DNA of 64,000 bases from a virus (lineage: Duplodnaviria > Caudoviricetes), in IMG/VR virus record IMGVR_UViG_3300022848_000005; one strand, written 5' to 3'. A program made the translations under genes and the position numbers. The notes beneath the pieces are model-generated. The model saw nothing but the letters and a program-made list of their open reading frames with translations. It was not told the DNA's origin and searched no databases. How positions within the stretch are numbered: position 1 is the first letter of the stretch; each line of letters opens with the position of its first letter. Below, piece after piece: positions 28,134 through 37,221 of this stretch.

Positions 28134-28775
28134 ATGAAAATTTTAAGAACTATTGTAGGTGCAATATTACTGATAACTTGTGGCACGGTTTTTGCGAATG
28201 ACGTGTATATTGATCAGGCAGGTGATAGTTCAACAATCACAGTTATACAACAGAACGGGACTAACACAGTAAACTCGTCGGGAGATGCCGCAACACTCAG
28301 TGGTGATAGTATTACATTAAGTATTACCCAAGACGGTAATTTGAATAATGCAGACATTGAATTAGAAAATAGCGCAACTTCATCAAATGTTGATATTGAT
28401 GTTCTGGGTAGCAGTAACGAAACTAACGTTAGTGTTGACGGTGCATCCAGTACAACTGTTGATATTGACATTACGGGTGATACAAACTGGGCAACAGTTT
28501 GTGGATCTAACGACAGTGCATCAGGGGTTGCAATGACTTGTACAGGCGGTATTACTGACAGTACAACTTCAAATACTATTTCGATAACAGGTGATACCAA
28601 CGCTGTTAACATTGAAGCAACAGGTGCAAGTCAAACTAACACAGTAACTATTGGAGCAGATTCGTTAGACCTAAGCGATGCTAATACTGTTGACATCTTA
28701 AATGATGTTACAGGTTCAAATGTTATTCTTAACATCGACGGGCAAGACAACGATGTTGACATCACAGTTCAGTAG
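28134..28775 (+). CDS. Secreted curlin-repeat/beta-solenoid protein (CsgA/B-like)
   Basis: Signal peptide (VFA|ND), NDVYIDQAG, then repeated N/D-x-I-x-I-x-G-x-x-N units. Confidence 0.75.
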   Translation: MKILRTIVGAILLITCGTVFANDVYIDQAGDSSTITVIQQNGTNTVNSSGDAATLSGDSITLSITQDGNLNNADIELENSATSSNVDIDVLGSSNETNVSVDGASSTTVDIDITGDTNWATVCGSNDSASGVAMTCTGGITDSTTSNTISITGDTNAVNIEATGASQTNTVTIGADSLDLSDANTVDILNDVTGSNVILNIDGQDNDVDITVQ

Positions 28776-29850
28776 GACTCTATTTGCTGTAACATTTCTT
28801 ATATCCTCTACAGTATTTGCAAAAGGTATAGGGAATGTTACAGAACAAACTGGGCCTGCGGAGATAAGCAGAGCAAAATCAAAACTACCTAGCGAAAAAG
28901 GTGCTGACATCTTTATGCAAGATGTTATACAGACAGCAAAGTCAAAAGTAGGCATAACTTTTGCAGATAACACCAAAATCCGCATTATCGAACAAAGTAA
29001 ATTAATAGTAGATGAATTTATCTACGATCCAGGGAGTGAAACGCCAGGTAAACTAGGCATGAAAGTAGTGTTAGGCACAGTACGCTACGCATCTGGTAAA
29101 ATAGCAAAAGACAATGCTGAGAATGTTAACATTCAAACACCAACTGCTACTATTGCTGTTCGAGGAACAGACTTCACAATGACTGTAGACGAGATAGGAC
29201 GTAGTCTTGTTATTCTACTACCTAGTTGCCCAACTGACAATGAAGTAGACTGTTATGTGGGGGAGATTGAAGTTCTAACAGACGTGGGTGCTGTTATTAT
29301 GAATCAGGCATTTCAGGCTACATTGGTAACTAGCAGTGATTCAATGCCTACTGAACCAACAATTGTTAACATTACAGAAGCATTGATTGACAATTTTCTT
29401 ATTATTAGTCCACCAGAAGAAGTTAGGATAGCTCAAGAAGAGCAAGAGCGCAGTAAAGATCCACTAGACAAAGACTTATTAAAATTTGATGATTTAGACA
29501 CTAACCAGTTAGACGAAGAAGATGAACTAGCAAATAATTACGAACTTGACATAAATTACTTAGATTTTGATTTCTTAGGCAATATGCTGGACTTGACCAC
29601 AGTGGACTTAAACAGAGACCAATTGGAAACAAACGAGACGCTACCAACAATACAACAGTACAGTTGGATATTATGGTATGCAAACGAAGAAGAGATTTTT
29701 ATGAGAAGTGAGAGACCACCTCATGTTGCTGAGATAAGTCTGGAACGAGTTATGGAAGGCAACGTAAATATTACACAGGATGACGTCCCAGCTCAAATAC
29801 AAGTTCAAGGTGGTTCAGGAACAGAAATAACTATTATACAGAGTCAATAA
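28753..29850 (+). CDS. FecR-domain protein
   Basis: Signal or anchor; D.IQT.K....ITF.D.T......SKL; I.TPTATIAVRGTDF motif. Confidence 0.85.
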   Translation: MLTSQFSRTLFAVTFLISSTVFAKGIGNVTEQTGPAEISRAKSKLPSEKGADIFMQDVIQTAKSKVGITFADNTKIRIIEQSKLIVDEFIYDPGSETPGKLGMKVVLGTVRYASGKIAKDNAENVNIQTPTATIAVRGTDFTMTVDEIGRSLVILLPSCPTDNEVDCYVGEIEVLTDVGAVIMNQAFQATLVTSSDSMPTEPTIVNITEALIDNFLIISPPEEVRIAQEEQERSKDPLDKDLLKFDDLDTNQLDEEDELANNYELDINYLDFDFLGNMLDLTTVDLNRDQLETNETLPTIQQYSWILWYANEEEIFMRSERPPHVAEISLERVMEGNVNITQDDVPAQIQVQGGSGTEITIIQSQ

Positions 29851-31076
29851 TGTTTAAAAGACTTGTCTTAATACTCTTTAGTTGGTTAATATTTGTTGCT
29901 ACTCCTACATGGGCAGATTTAGATTATACCTCATATTACATAACCTCATATGCACCCAGTCTTGAATTTCCATACTACGATAACGTAGCAGGCTATAATA
30001 GTGATGGATCGAACTCAAGTCCATCTTATCTAAGCAGTGTACTCAGCACAGGAACGATGTCAGGCATAAGTGGGTATAATTGGGGTAGTGTATTAGACAG
30101 TGGTCGTTCAGATTATGTAGCATTAGAAATAACAGGATACATCACATGGCCAGGCACAGCAGGTGTATCAACAACTGTGTACTTTGGTGTAAGAGCAGAT
30201 GATGGCGTGTTTATGAACATAGATGGCACTAACGTAATCCAGGACTGGCAACAACAAGGTGGTGCCACTTGGAATGCTCAAGGTTCTATTACACTTACGG
30301 GCGGGCAAGAATATCCAATTACAGTTTGGTGGTACGAGTGGGGAGGCGGTGCAGAACTTGATATCAATTACAGTTTAACTGATTATCAGTATTCTAATCA
30401 AGCAAACATACCCACAAGTTGGCTCAGTACAACTTCTACATCGAGTAGTTCTTCAGCAACGCCATCATATTCTTCTGGGCCAACTTCTGCACAACAAACT
30501 AGAATAAACTCTAATAGATCAGCTATAAGTTCAGGCTCTAGTAACGATATAGATATTAATATAACAGGTGATAGCAATGATATTTTTATTTCGCAGGCAG
30601 GTGAACCAAGTCTTTTGTTGCTAAATGTTACAGGAAACCTTAACGACATCGACATAGATCAAGATGCTAGTACGTCAGCAACCAGCTATGGGCATTATAC
30701 AGAAGCTGAAATTTTAGGCGACAGTAATATACTAGACTTAACTCAAACAGGCAGTGGGAACCATACAGCATTTATTGATGTTAACGGAGATAGTAACTCA
30801 GCAACACTGATTCAGAAAGATGGGGGCAACCATTATCTACAATTGGATTTAATTGGTGACAACAATACTGCTACAATAACACAGCAAGGTGCTGGTGACC
30901 ATGCGGCTACTGTTGAACTAACAGAGAGCGGTGGTAGTTGGACATTTAGTCTAGATCAGAACGGCACCAACGATAAAACATATAGTTTACCACATAGTAT
31001 GAGTGATGAATCAACAACAAGCGGAACATGCTATACCAGTGCAGGATGCTCATTGACTGTAACACAAGGCGACTAA
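29850..31076 (+). CDS. Secreted PA14-domain plus curlin-repeat protein
   Basis: Signal peptide; PA14 motif (ITGYI...FGVRADDG...IDG..VI.DW...YPI.VWWYE.GG); Ser-rich linker; C-terminal GDSN.A.L.Q.G.GNH repeats. Confidence 0.8.
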   Translation: MFKRLVLILFSWLIFVATPTWADLDYTSYYITSYAPSLEFPYYDNVAGYNSDGSNSSPSYLSSVLSTGTMSGISGYNWGSVLDSGRSDYVALEITGYITWPGTAGVSTTVYFGVRADDGVFMNIDGTNVIQDWQQQGGATWNAQGSITLTGGQEYPITVWWYEWGGGAELDINYSLTDYQYSNQANIPTSWLSTTSTSSSSSATPSYSSGPTSAQQTRINSNRSAISSGSSNDIDINITGDSNDIFISQAGEPSLLLLNVTGNLNDIDIDQDASTSATSYGHYTEAEILGDSNILDLTQTGSGNHTAFIDVNGDSNSATLIQKDGGNHYLQLDLIGDNNTATITQQGAGDHAATVELTESGGSWTFSLDQNGTNDKTYSLPHSMSDESTTSGTCYTSAGCSLTVTQGD

Positions 31077-31238
31077 ACGTCTTGACTACACGGATCTAGT
31101 GTGTTATAGTAATGCATGTCTAAAAGTTTTACAAACATTGGAGCAATAAATAGTTGCAACCGGCCTTTTCTGGCATTCAACCCGGTATACAAATTCTGCA
31201 AGTCTATGTTATAATTACTTTTAATATAGGACATAATA

Positions 31239-31739
31239 ATGAACGAACCAAGACAATACAAGTACGTGAGCACAAAAGAATACGTTGATCAGTTTCCGTG
31301 TGCATATAGACAATGGAGAGCTGACAGTCACTGCAACGTAATACACGGTTATGCGTTTACAATGCGTTTCTTTTTTGGAACAGACGACCTAGATGTTAGA
31401 AACTGGGTTGCCGATTACGGCGGATTAACGGAACTAAAGCAAATATTACAGGATCAGTTTGACCATACGCTACTGGTTGCTGAAGACGACCCAGAAATAG
31501 AAATGTACAAGCAACTGCAAGCAAAGAAGTTGGCTAAACTAACTATCTTACCAAAACTTGGTTGCGAAGGCCTTGCAGACCAACTGTACAAATATGTAAA
31601 TGGTGTGTATATCCCAGACATGTGGGGGCAAAGCGAAGCAGATAGACTTTGGTGTTACAGAGTAGAAGTACGTGAAACACAAAGCAACATGGCTTGGCGT
31701 GAGGGACACAGAGAATGGAACGAGGACTTGTATGAGTAA
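31239..31739 (+). CDS. queD: 6-carboxytetrahydropterin synthase (QueD/PTPS)
   Basis: C...HGY, VADYGGL..LK..L.DQFDH, CEGLA..LY and VEVRET motifs. Confidence 0.88.
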   Translation: MNEPRQYKYVSTKEYVDQFPCAYRQWRADSHCNVIHGYAFTMRFFFGTDDLDVRNWVADYGGLTELKQILQDQFDHTLLVAEDDPEIEMYKQLQAKKLAKLTILPKLGCEGLADQLYKYVNGVYIPDMWGQSEADRLWCYRVEVRETQSNMAWREGHREWNEDLYE

Positions 31740-31888
31740 TGCAATCACCTTGTCAGAAAATTTGTGTTATGGAAAATGGCTATTGTTTGGGCTGTAATCG
31801 TACACAAGAAGAAATAGCCAACTGGATTAGCTATACAGATGCACAACGTGACAGCATAGTACAACAACTAGAAGACAGAGAAGTATGA
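31739..31888 (+). CDS. DUF1289-family small Cys protein
   Basis: Not in the ORF track. MQSPCQKICVMENGYCLGCNRTQEEIANW...QR..I. Confidence 0.75.
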   Translation: MQSPCQKICVMENGYCLGCNRTQEEIANWISYTDAQRDSIVQQLEDREV

Positions 31889-31893
31889 ATCAT

Positions 31894-32023
31894 TTTATTA
31901 GTGGATATGGATTCGATGAAATTGGACGACAGACAGTTTCATGTATAAGGAGGTGACACCATATTGATTCCGGATGGTGCGTTTCATCGAGTCCATAACA
32001 CTAGTGACGATGGTGTTCTTTGA
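31894..32023 (+). pseudogene. Cupin-domain gene remnant
   Basis: FISG.G / MKLDDRQFHV*GGDTILIPDGAFHRVHNTSD; frameshift plus in-frame TAA at 31946. Confidence 0.65.
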
Positions 32024-33141
32024 AAATATCTGAACACAAAATATTTAATTTTGTTACCCCAACCAGTGCAATAAATGTTGCTAGTGACTGGTTAGGCCAC
32101 GATCACGTAAACTGGCAGTTTACTGATGATTACACAGAAGCACTAGCACAACCGTGTAAGATTGCTATGATGCCTGCATTGTTTAATTGTCCAGGCAGTT
32201 ATACGTATAGAGAGAAGTTTAAAAAATACGACTTTAGCAAGTTTGATCTGGTGGTGTTAAGTGATATAGAATGTCATAGCCAAGACTATATTATAGAAGA
32301 ATGCATTCAACCTGCTGGAATTAAAAACTATCTGGTTGCGGCTGGTGGGGTTACAACTGAACTAACAGACCCCGACTTTATATACAGACCTTGGTGGATG
32401 TTTCACCATCGTAACCTAAACTCTATTCAAGTGAGTAGTTATAATAAGCGTGAGTTTCTGTTTGATGCGTTATTGGGATCCCGTAAATTGCATCGTAGTT
32501 ATGTAATGGCACGTTTACAACAGCGTCCAGATTTACTCTCAAACTCTATTGTAAACTATAGAGACACGTTTATTAATCATTGGGGAGACAACCCTAAGTA
32601 CTTGTACGATCATGTACGAAAAACACTAGATGGCAAAGAGTTGCTGTGGCCTTACGTAAGCAAAAACTTTACAGAAGAACAACCACAAGATTTAGAACCA
32701 CATCAAATAAGTGAAGTCACACCCTGGGACATATACGAAAAGACACACTACAGTATATGTTGTGAAAGTTTTGGCAACAACCCAGATGACACAAATCCTG
32801 GACCTTTCTTCCTGACAGAGAAGACTGCTAAGATGTTTATGGCGCAACGTATGTTTATAATGTTTGCACCACAGCATACGTTACGATTCATAAAAAGTCT
32901 AGGATTTGAAACTTTTGACTCGGTTATAGATGAAAGTTATGACGACATAGCAGATCCTAGAAAAAGATTTGATAGAGCATTTGACCAAGTTGAATATCTA
33001 GCTAAACAAGATCCTGCAGGAGTCTACGAAAAAGTTATGTTTATAACACAATATAACTTTTTTATGTTTATGGACCTTATTAAAAAGACCAAAGAAGCCA
33101 TGCTTAACAAGTTGCTACAAAAAATAGATAACATAGAGTAA
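32020..33141 (+). CDS. Putative glycosyltransferase (paralog of 25432..26625)
   Basis: YSICCES...FLTEKTAK......FIMF......IKSLGFETF.SVIDESYD. Confidence 0.55.
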   Translation: MKISEHKIFNFVTPTSAINVASDWLGHDHVNWQFTDDYTEALAQPCKIAMMPALFNCPGSYTYREKFKKYDFSKFDLVVLSDIECHSQDYIIEECIQPAGIKNYLVAAGGVTTELTDPDFIYRPWWMFHHRNLNSIQVSSYNKREFLFDALLGSRKLHRSYVMARLQQRPDLLSNSIVNYRDTFINHWGDNPKYLYDHVRKTLDGKELLWPYVSKNFTEEQPQDLEPHQISEVTPWDIYEKTHYSICCESFGNNPDDTNPGPFFLTEKTAKMFMAQRMFIMFAPQHTLRFIKSLGFETFDSVIDESYDDIADPRKRFDRAFDQVEYLAKQDPAGVYEKVMFITQYNFFMFMDLIKKTKEAMLNKLLQKIDNIE

Positions 33142-33148
33142 ATACGTT

Positions 33149-35179
33149 ATGTTCAAAAAAATATTGCTGAGTCCCTGGACAGCAATAATCACATTATTAA
33201 TATGCGCATATATTAAAATGTCGGATCCAGGATTTGTGGAAAGTGTTAGGCTACGTTACTTCGATACTCTAATTACAAGCCAAGAACCAGTACAAAATAA
33301 CATACACACTGTTAATATAGACGACCTTGCACTAACCGAAATAGGCGCATGGCCCGTGCCCAGAGACTATTATGCAGACTTAATTGTAGACCTATATAAC
33401 AGGAATGCAGGGCTGGTTGTGTTAAATGTTCTCATGCCAGAAGCATCAGATCAGGACCTAGCACTAGCAGAGGCAATGGAGTCTTATCCTGTCATACTAA
33501 CAAGTGTACCTAGCCAATGGAGCAAAAACACACCTAAGAAACCAGGTGCAGTGATTTTAAATCCAGAGTACATGAACACAATTATCAACTATCCTGGCAT
33601 AATAGCAAACACTGAAGAGCTAGAACAACGTGCATACGGTGTTGGTATTGCTAACACATTACCAGAGATAGATGGTGTTACTAGACGCATTCCATTAGTT
33701 GCCGCAGTGGGCGAAAACTTATACCCAGGCGTACCGTTAGAGATATTAAGATCAGCCGCAGGAGACACAACCTTTCAGATCAAACTGTTTGAATACGGTG
33801 TTGAGAAAATGCGTATACCAGCCTTTGGTACTATAACTACTGATGCACTGGGACGTATCTGGATAGACTGGAGCCAACAAAGTTATAAACATAGTCTAAC
33901 TAATCTGCCAGAAGATTTTGGTGGAGGCGTAGTTATTATTGGCCCAACAGCGGCAGGTACTAACCAGCCTGTAGCAACAGCATTAGGTGGCAGTTGGCCA
34001 CATGAAGTACAAGCCGCAGTAGTAGGTACAATGTTCAATGGTGTAAACATTGTACGTGCTGATTGGGCAGACGGTGCAGAACTACTGGCAATTGTAGTAT
34101 TAGGCTTGCTTGCTATTTTTATATCAAGTTGGACATATGGCTTTGTGCCTGTAATAGCGGTTGTTGTAGGCATTTATTATGCGGCTCAATACTATTACAC
34201 AGAACAACGACTATTGTTTGACATAACAGCAATTATATTTGCCTTGGTGTTAACTTATGTGCATGCATATACAGTTAAGTTCTTAAGCGAATTTTATCAG
34301 AAGCAACAGATTAAGAAACAGTTTGGAACTTACATCAGTAAAGAGCTGGTAGCAGAATTACAGAAGCATCCTGAGAAGATGCAGTTAGGTGGTGTTACCA
34401 GAGTCATGACATTCTTGTTTTGTGATATCAGAGGATTTACCCCTATTAGTGAACAGTATAAAACAGATCCACAAGGTCTAACACGACTTATTAATAAGTT
34501 CTTAACTCCCATGACTAACATAATTATGGAGCATAGGGGAACCATAGATAAGTATATGGGAGACTGTATTATGGCGTTCTGGAATGCGCCACTGGAGATA
34601 GAAGGTCATGAACAAAAAGCAGTACTGGCGGCGCAAGACATGGTTGATGGAGTTAGGCGACTTAATGAAGAACTATCCAAAGATAATCTACTACCTATTA
34701 ATATTGGTATTGGTATTAACACTGGTGCCTGCGTCGTGGGTAATATGGGTTCTGATCAAAGGTTTGATTACAGTGTACTCGGTGATGCTGTCAATCTTGG
34801 AAGCAGGCTTGAAGGCCAATCCAAATCGTACGGAGTCATCACAATCATTGGTGAAGAAACAGCAAAGTCGGTAACCGACACACAATTAATCGAACTAGAC
34901 TTAATTGCTGTTAAAGGCAAAGAAGATCCAGTAACAATATACACTCCTGTAACTTCATCATTTGATGTCGAGATAAAGAAACATCAGGAGTATCTCGACG
35001 CATATAGAAACAGAGACTGGAACGAAGCTAAGAGGATTGCTGGCGGTAATAAGTTGGCCTTTTCAGGAGAACTTGAACAGTATTATGTGTTAATGAGCGA
35101 GCGTATTACGGAACTTGAAAAGTCTGACATTAACGACTTAGAGATCTGGGACGGAATTTTTAGAGCGCAAACTAAGTAG
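33149..35179 (+). CDS. CHASE2-sensor class III adenylate cyclase
   Basis: CHASE2 motifs (V.IDD.AL..IG.WP.PR, DGVTRRIPL); 3 TM helices; FCDIRGFT, TIDKYMGDCIMAFW and YSVLGDAVNLGSRLEG motifs. Confidence 0.92.
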   Translation: MFKKILLSPWTAIITLLICAYIKMSDPGFVESVRLRYFDTLITSQEPVQNNIHTVNIDDLALTEIGAWPVPRDYYADLIVDLYNRNAGLVVLNVLMPEASDQDLALAEAMESYPVILTSVPSQWSKNTPKKPGAVILNPEYMNTIINYPGIIANTEELEQRAYGVGIANTLPEIDGVTRRIPLVAAVGENLYPGVPLEILRSAAGDTTFQIKLFEYGVEKMRIPAFGTITTDALGRIWIDWSQQSYKHSLTNLPEDFGGGVVIIGPTAAGTNQPVATALGGSWPHEVQAAVVGTMFNGVNIVRADWADGAELLAIVVLGLLAIFISSWTYGFVPVIAVVVGIYYAAQYYYTEQRLLFDITAIIFALVLTYVHAYTVKFLSEFYQKQQIKKQFGTYISKELVAELQKHPEKMQLGGVTRVMTFLFCDIRGFTPISEQYKTDPQGLTRLINKFLTPMTNIIMEHRGTIDKYMGDCIMAFWNAPLEIEGHEQKAVLAAQDMVDGVRRLNEELSKDNLLPINIGIGINTGACVVGNMGSDQRFDYSVLGDAVNLGSRLEGQSKSYGVITIIGEETAKSVTDTQLIELDLIAVKGKEDPVTIYTPVTSSFDVEIKKHQEYLDAYRNRDWNEAKRIAGGNKLAFSGELEQYYVLMSERITELEKSDINDLEIWDGIFRAQTK

Positions 35180-35181
35180 TA

Positions 35182-35964
35182 CTACTTAAACTCTATACTT
35201 TCTAATTCTAGCGGTACTGGGTACGATAGAAACTTGTTTAACAAGTCTAAATTTAACACTTGTCCTATAATCGGATAACCAGTATACAGTTCTATCTTAT
35301 CTAACCCATGTTGCTCTACAAACTCAGGAGCATGTTTAGTAAAATCAGATGTCAGTTTGTCTATATCGGCAAACTCTTCATAATTAATAGTAGCAATGTT
35401 TATACCTGGTTTAACAAACGTATGAAACTTACAGGTTTGACTGATGTTTTTGTAATCGTTTTCTAGGTAAATTTGCAAAGGCCCGTGACCCACAAACGGA
35501 TTCTGCAACTTTAAATCTCCCACAGACATGCTAGTACTAAATTCTATATCGACACTGTCGAACCCGCTATCGTTGTACCACTCTATTTGTAGCCAACCCA
35601 ACCTACTAGGTGCTGTGTCGTCTTGTAGTAAATGTAACCCGTAATGCAAGTCGTGTACAGTGTTATCTAGGTGTTCTGGTACACTATCAAAATCTTTGCC
35701 AACAAGACGTTCTATGTCCTTGTGCATTCGAGCAGTGTTCTCTAATGATAAGTTACTGGCATCCCATGACCAATTAAAATGTTTGTTAACCTGTTCTGCC
35801 AGTTCGCTGAGATATGCAGGTGTAAATTTTAGCCTATCTCGGTAAATGGGGAACTGTTGTTGATAGTTTGTCTGCACTAAATCGTAGTATTTTGTACCAA
35901 GTTCGGTATTAAAAATGTTACAATGTAAGGCAGGAAAGTTTTTATACTTTATGCTTAATTCCAT
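35182..35964 (-). CDS. Hypothetical protein
   Basis: 260-aa ORF, coupled with 35955..36587. Confidence 0.55.
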   Translation of the reverse strand: MELSIKYKNFPALHCNIFNTELGTKYYDLVQTNYQQQFPIYRDRLKFTPAYLSELAEQVNKHFNWSWDASNLSLENTARMHKDIERLVGKDFDSVPEHLDNTVHDLHYGLHLLQDDTAPSRLGWLQIEWYNDSGFDSVDIEFSTSMSVGDLKLQNPFVGHGPLQIYLENDYKNISQTCKFHTFVKPGINIATINYEEFADIDKLTSDFTKHAPEFVEQHGLDKIELYTGYPIIGQVLNLDLLNKFLSYPVPLELESIEFK

Positions 35965-36587
35965 AAAAAACGACCGTAGTTTTCTCCTACAAATCCAAAG
36001 TAATTAGTTTTATATTTGTTTTGTTCTTTCATGTGTAAGTGATGCCATTCGTCTTTGCGTTTAAGTAGTTGTTTCGCACCATCTTCCCAGTCTGTATTCA
36101 GTATTACTGGTTCGTATTGTTGTCGATATTGTTCTATCTCATCGTAGTTATCACTGTCATACTCCCAGTGTAATATTTCAAACATGTCACCTTGTCTACT
36201 TATGTACTCCAAACTAATATCTAGTCCCCATCTAGGACGTTGTTGTAGCACACGATGTATTCTACCGTCTTGTTCTGCTAAACGCCATAATTGTTTTCTG
36301 GCTTCTCCCTGATACCCTCTCCTATATAGTACGTTGCTGTGATTTAACACAACTCCAAACTTAGTTTCTGCCTGGATAAACCAGTCCGCTTTTTCGCTGG
36401 GATAACGTTCGCTGTAGATATCACCTGTATTTGCTTTAACAAGTGCTATCTCTAATTCGACAAGATCAAAACTGTTTGGATCCATTAGGTCCGTGGGATT
36501 GTCAGAAAGCATTGATGCATCACAGGGTTTTGTGTAATATCCCACGGGGTCGAGTGGTTTACTGTAAACCAGTTCTAATGTTGTCAC
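35955..36587 (-). CDS. Hypothetical protein
   Basis: 210-aa ORF in the - strand operon. Confidence 0.55.
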   Translation of the reverse strand: MTTLELVYSKPLDPVGYYTKPCDASMLSDNPTDLMDPNSFDLVELEIALVKANTGDIYSERYPSEKADWFIQAETKFGVVLNHSNVLYRRGYQGEARKQLWRLAEQDGRIHRVLQQRPRWGLDISLEYISRQGDMFEILHWEYDSDNYDEIEQYRQQYEPVILNTDWEDGAKQLLKRKDEWHHLHMKEQNKYKTNYFGFVGENYGRFLWN

Positions 36588-36877
36588 TTCTGCGTACTGC
36601 CGTCTTTCTCTATTTCTCTTATCCTGTCTTCATTTTTACGTCTCTGTTCTTCTTCACGCATCTGTAATACAACATTTAGTTTTTGATTGAGCCTAATTAA
36701 GTCATTGTCAAGCATACGAATTCTATCAATCAACGCAATCAGCGTCGTTTGTGCTTCGCTTAGTACAGGCTTAACTTGTTCGGTCGCCCACTTCCAGACG
36801 TAAACTACAAAATATCCAAGACCAACTGCCGCAACTACGGGAAATCCGTATTGCTTTATAAGTTCTACTATATCCAT
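36584..36877 (-). CDS. Small single-TM coiled-coil protein, paralog B
   Basis: GFPVVAAVGLGYFV...IALIDRIRMLDNDLIR. Confidence 0.65.
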   Translation of the reverse strand: MDIVELIKQYGFPVVAAVGLGYFVVYVWKWATEQVKPVLSEAQTTLIALIDRIRMLDNDLIRLNQKLNVVLQMREEEQRRKNEDRIREIEKDGSTQK

Positions 36878-37155
36878 TAATCTCTCCTGGCATCATTTTT
36901 CCCATCAGCTCGTGCAATGCGATCTAAGTCAGGTTTGACATGTAGAGCGTTTGACATAAGAGTATCAATTCTTATGACGTCGTGATTCATTGTACGCACA
37001 CGGTTATCTAAGGCGTTAATAATACCAGTTAATCCTCGCACACTGCCCATAACTCCCTCAAGTATGAAACGTAGGCTTAGAAAAACAAAATATCCACCAG
37101 CGATAGCCGCCGCTATTGGAAAACCAAGCTCCCCAATTACTTCGAATATTTCCAT
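36877..37155 (-). CDS. Small single-TM coiled-coil protein, paralog A
   Basis: GFPIAAAIAGGYFV...INALDNRVRTMNHDVIR. Confidence 0.65.
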   Translation of the reverse strand: MEIFEVIGELGFPIAAAIAGGYFVFLSLRFILEGVMGSVRGLTGIINALDNRVRTMNHDVIRIDTLMSNALHVKPDLDRIARADGKNDARRD

Positions 37156-37173
37156 TTGTAATTCCCTCACAAG

Positions 37174-37194
37174 TATTTAGCTGTCAGCTAAATA
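37174..37194. promoter_or_regulatory. Palindromic divergent late-promoter element
   Basis: TATTTAGCT-gtc-AGCTAAATA gives TAAATA on both strands between divergent operons. Confidence 0.55.
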
Positions 37195-37221
37195 AAATAT
37201 AGCAACTTTCAAATACAACAA

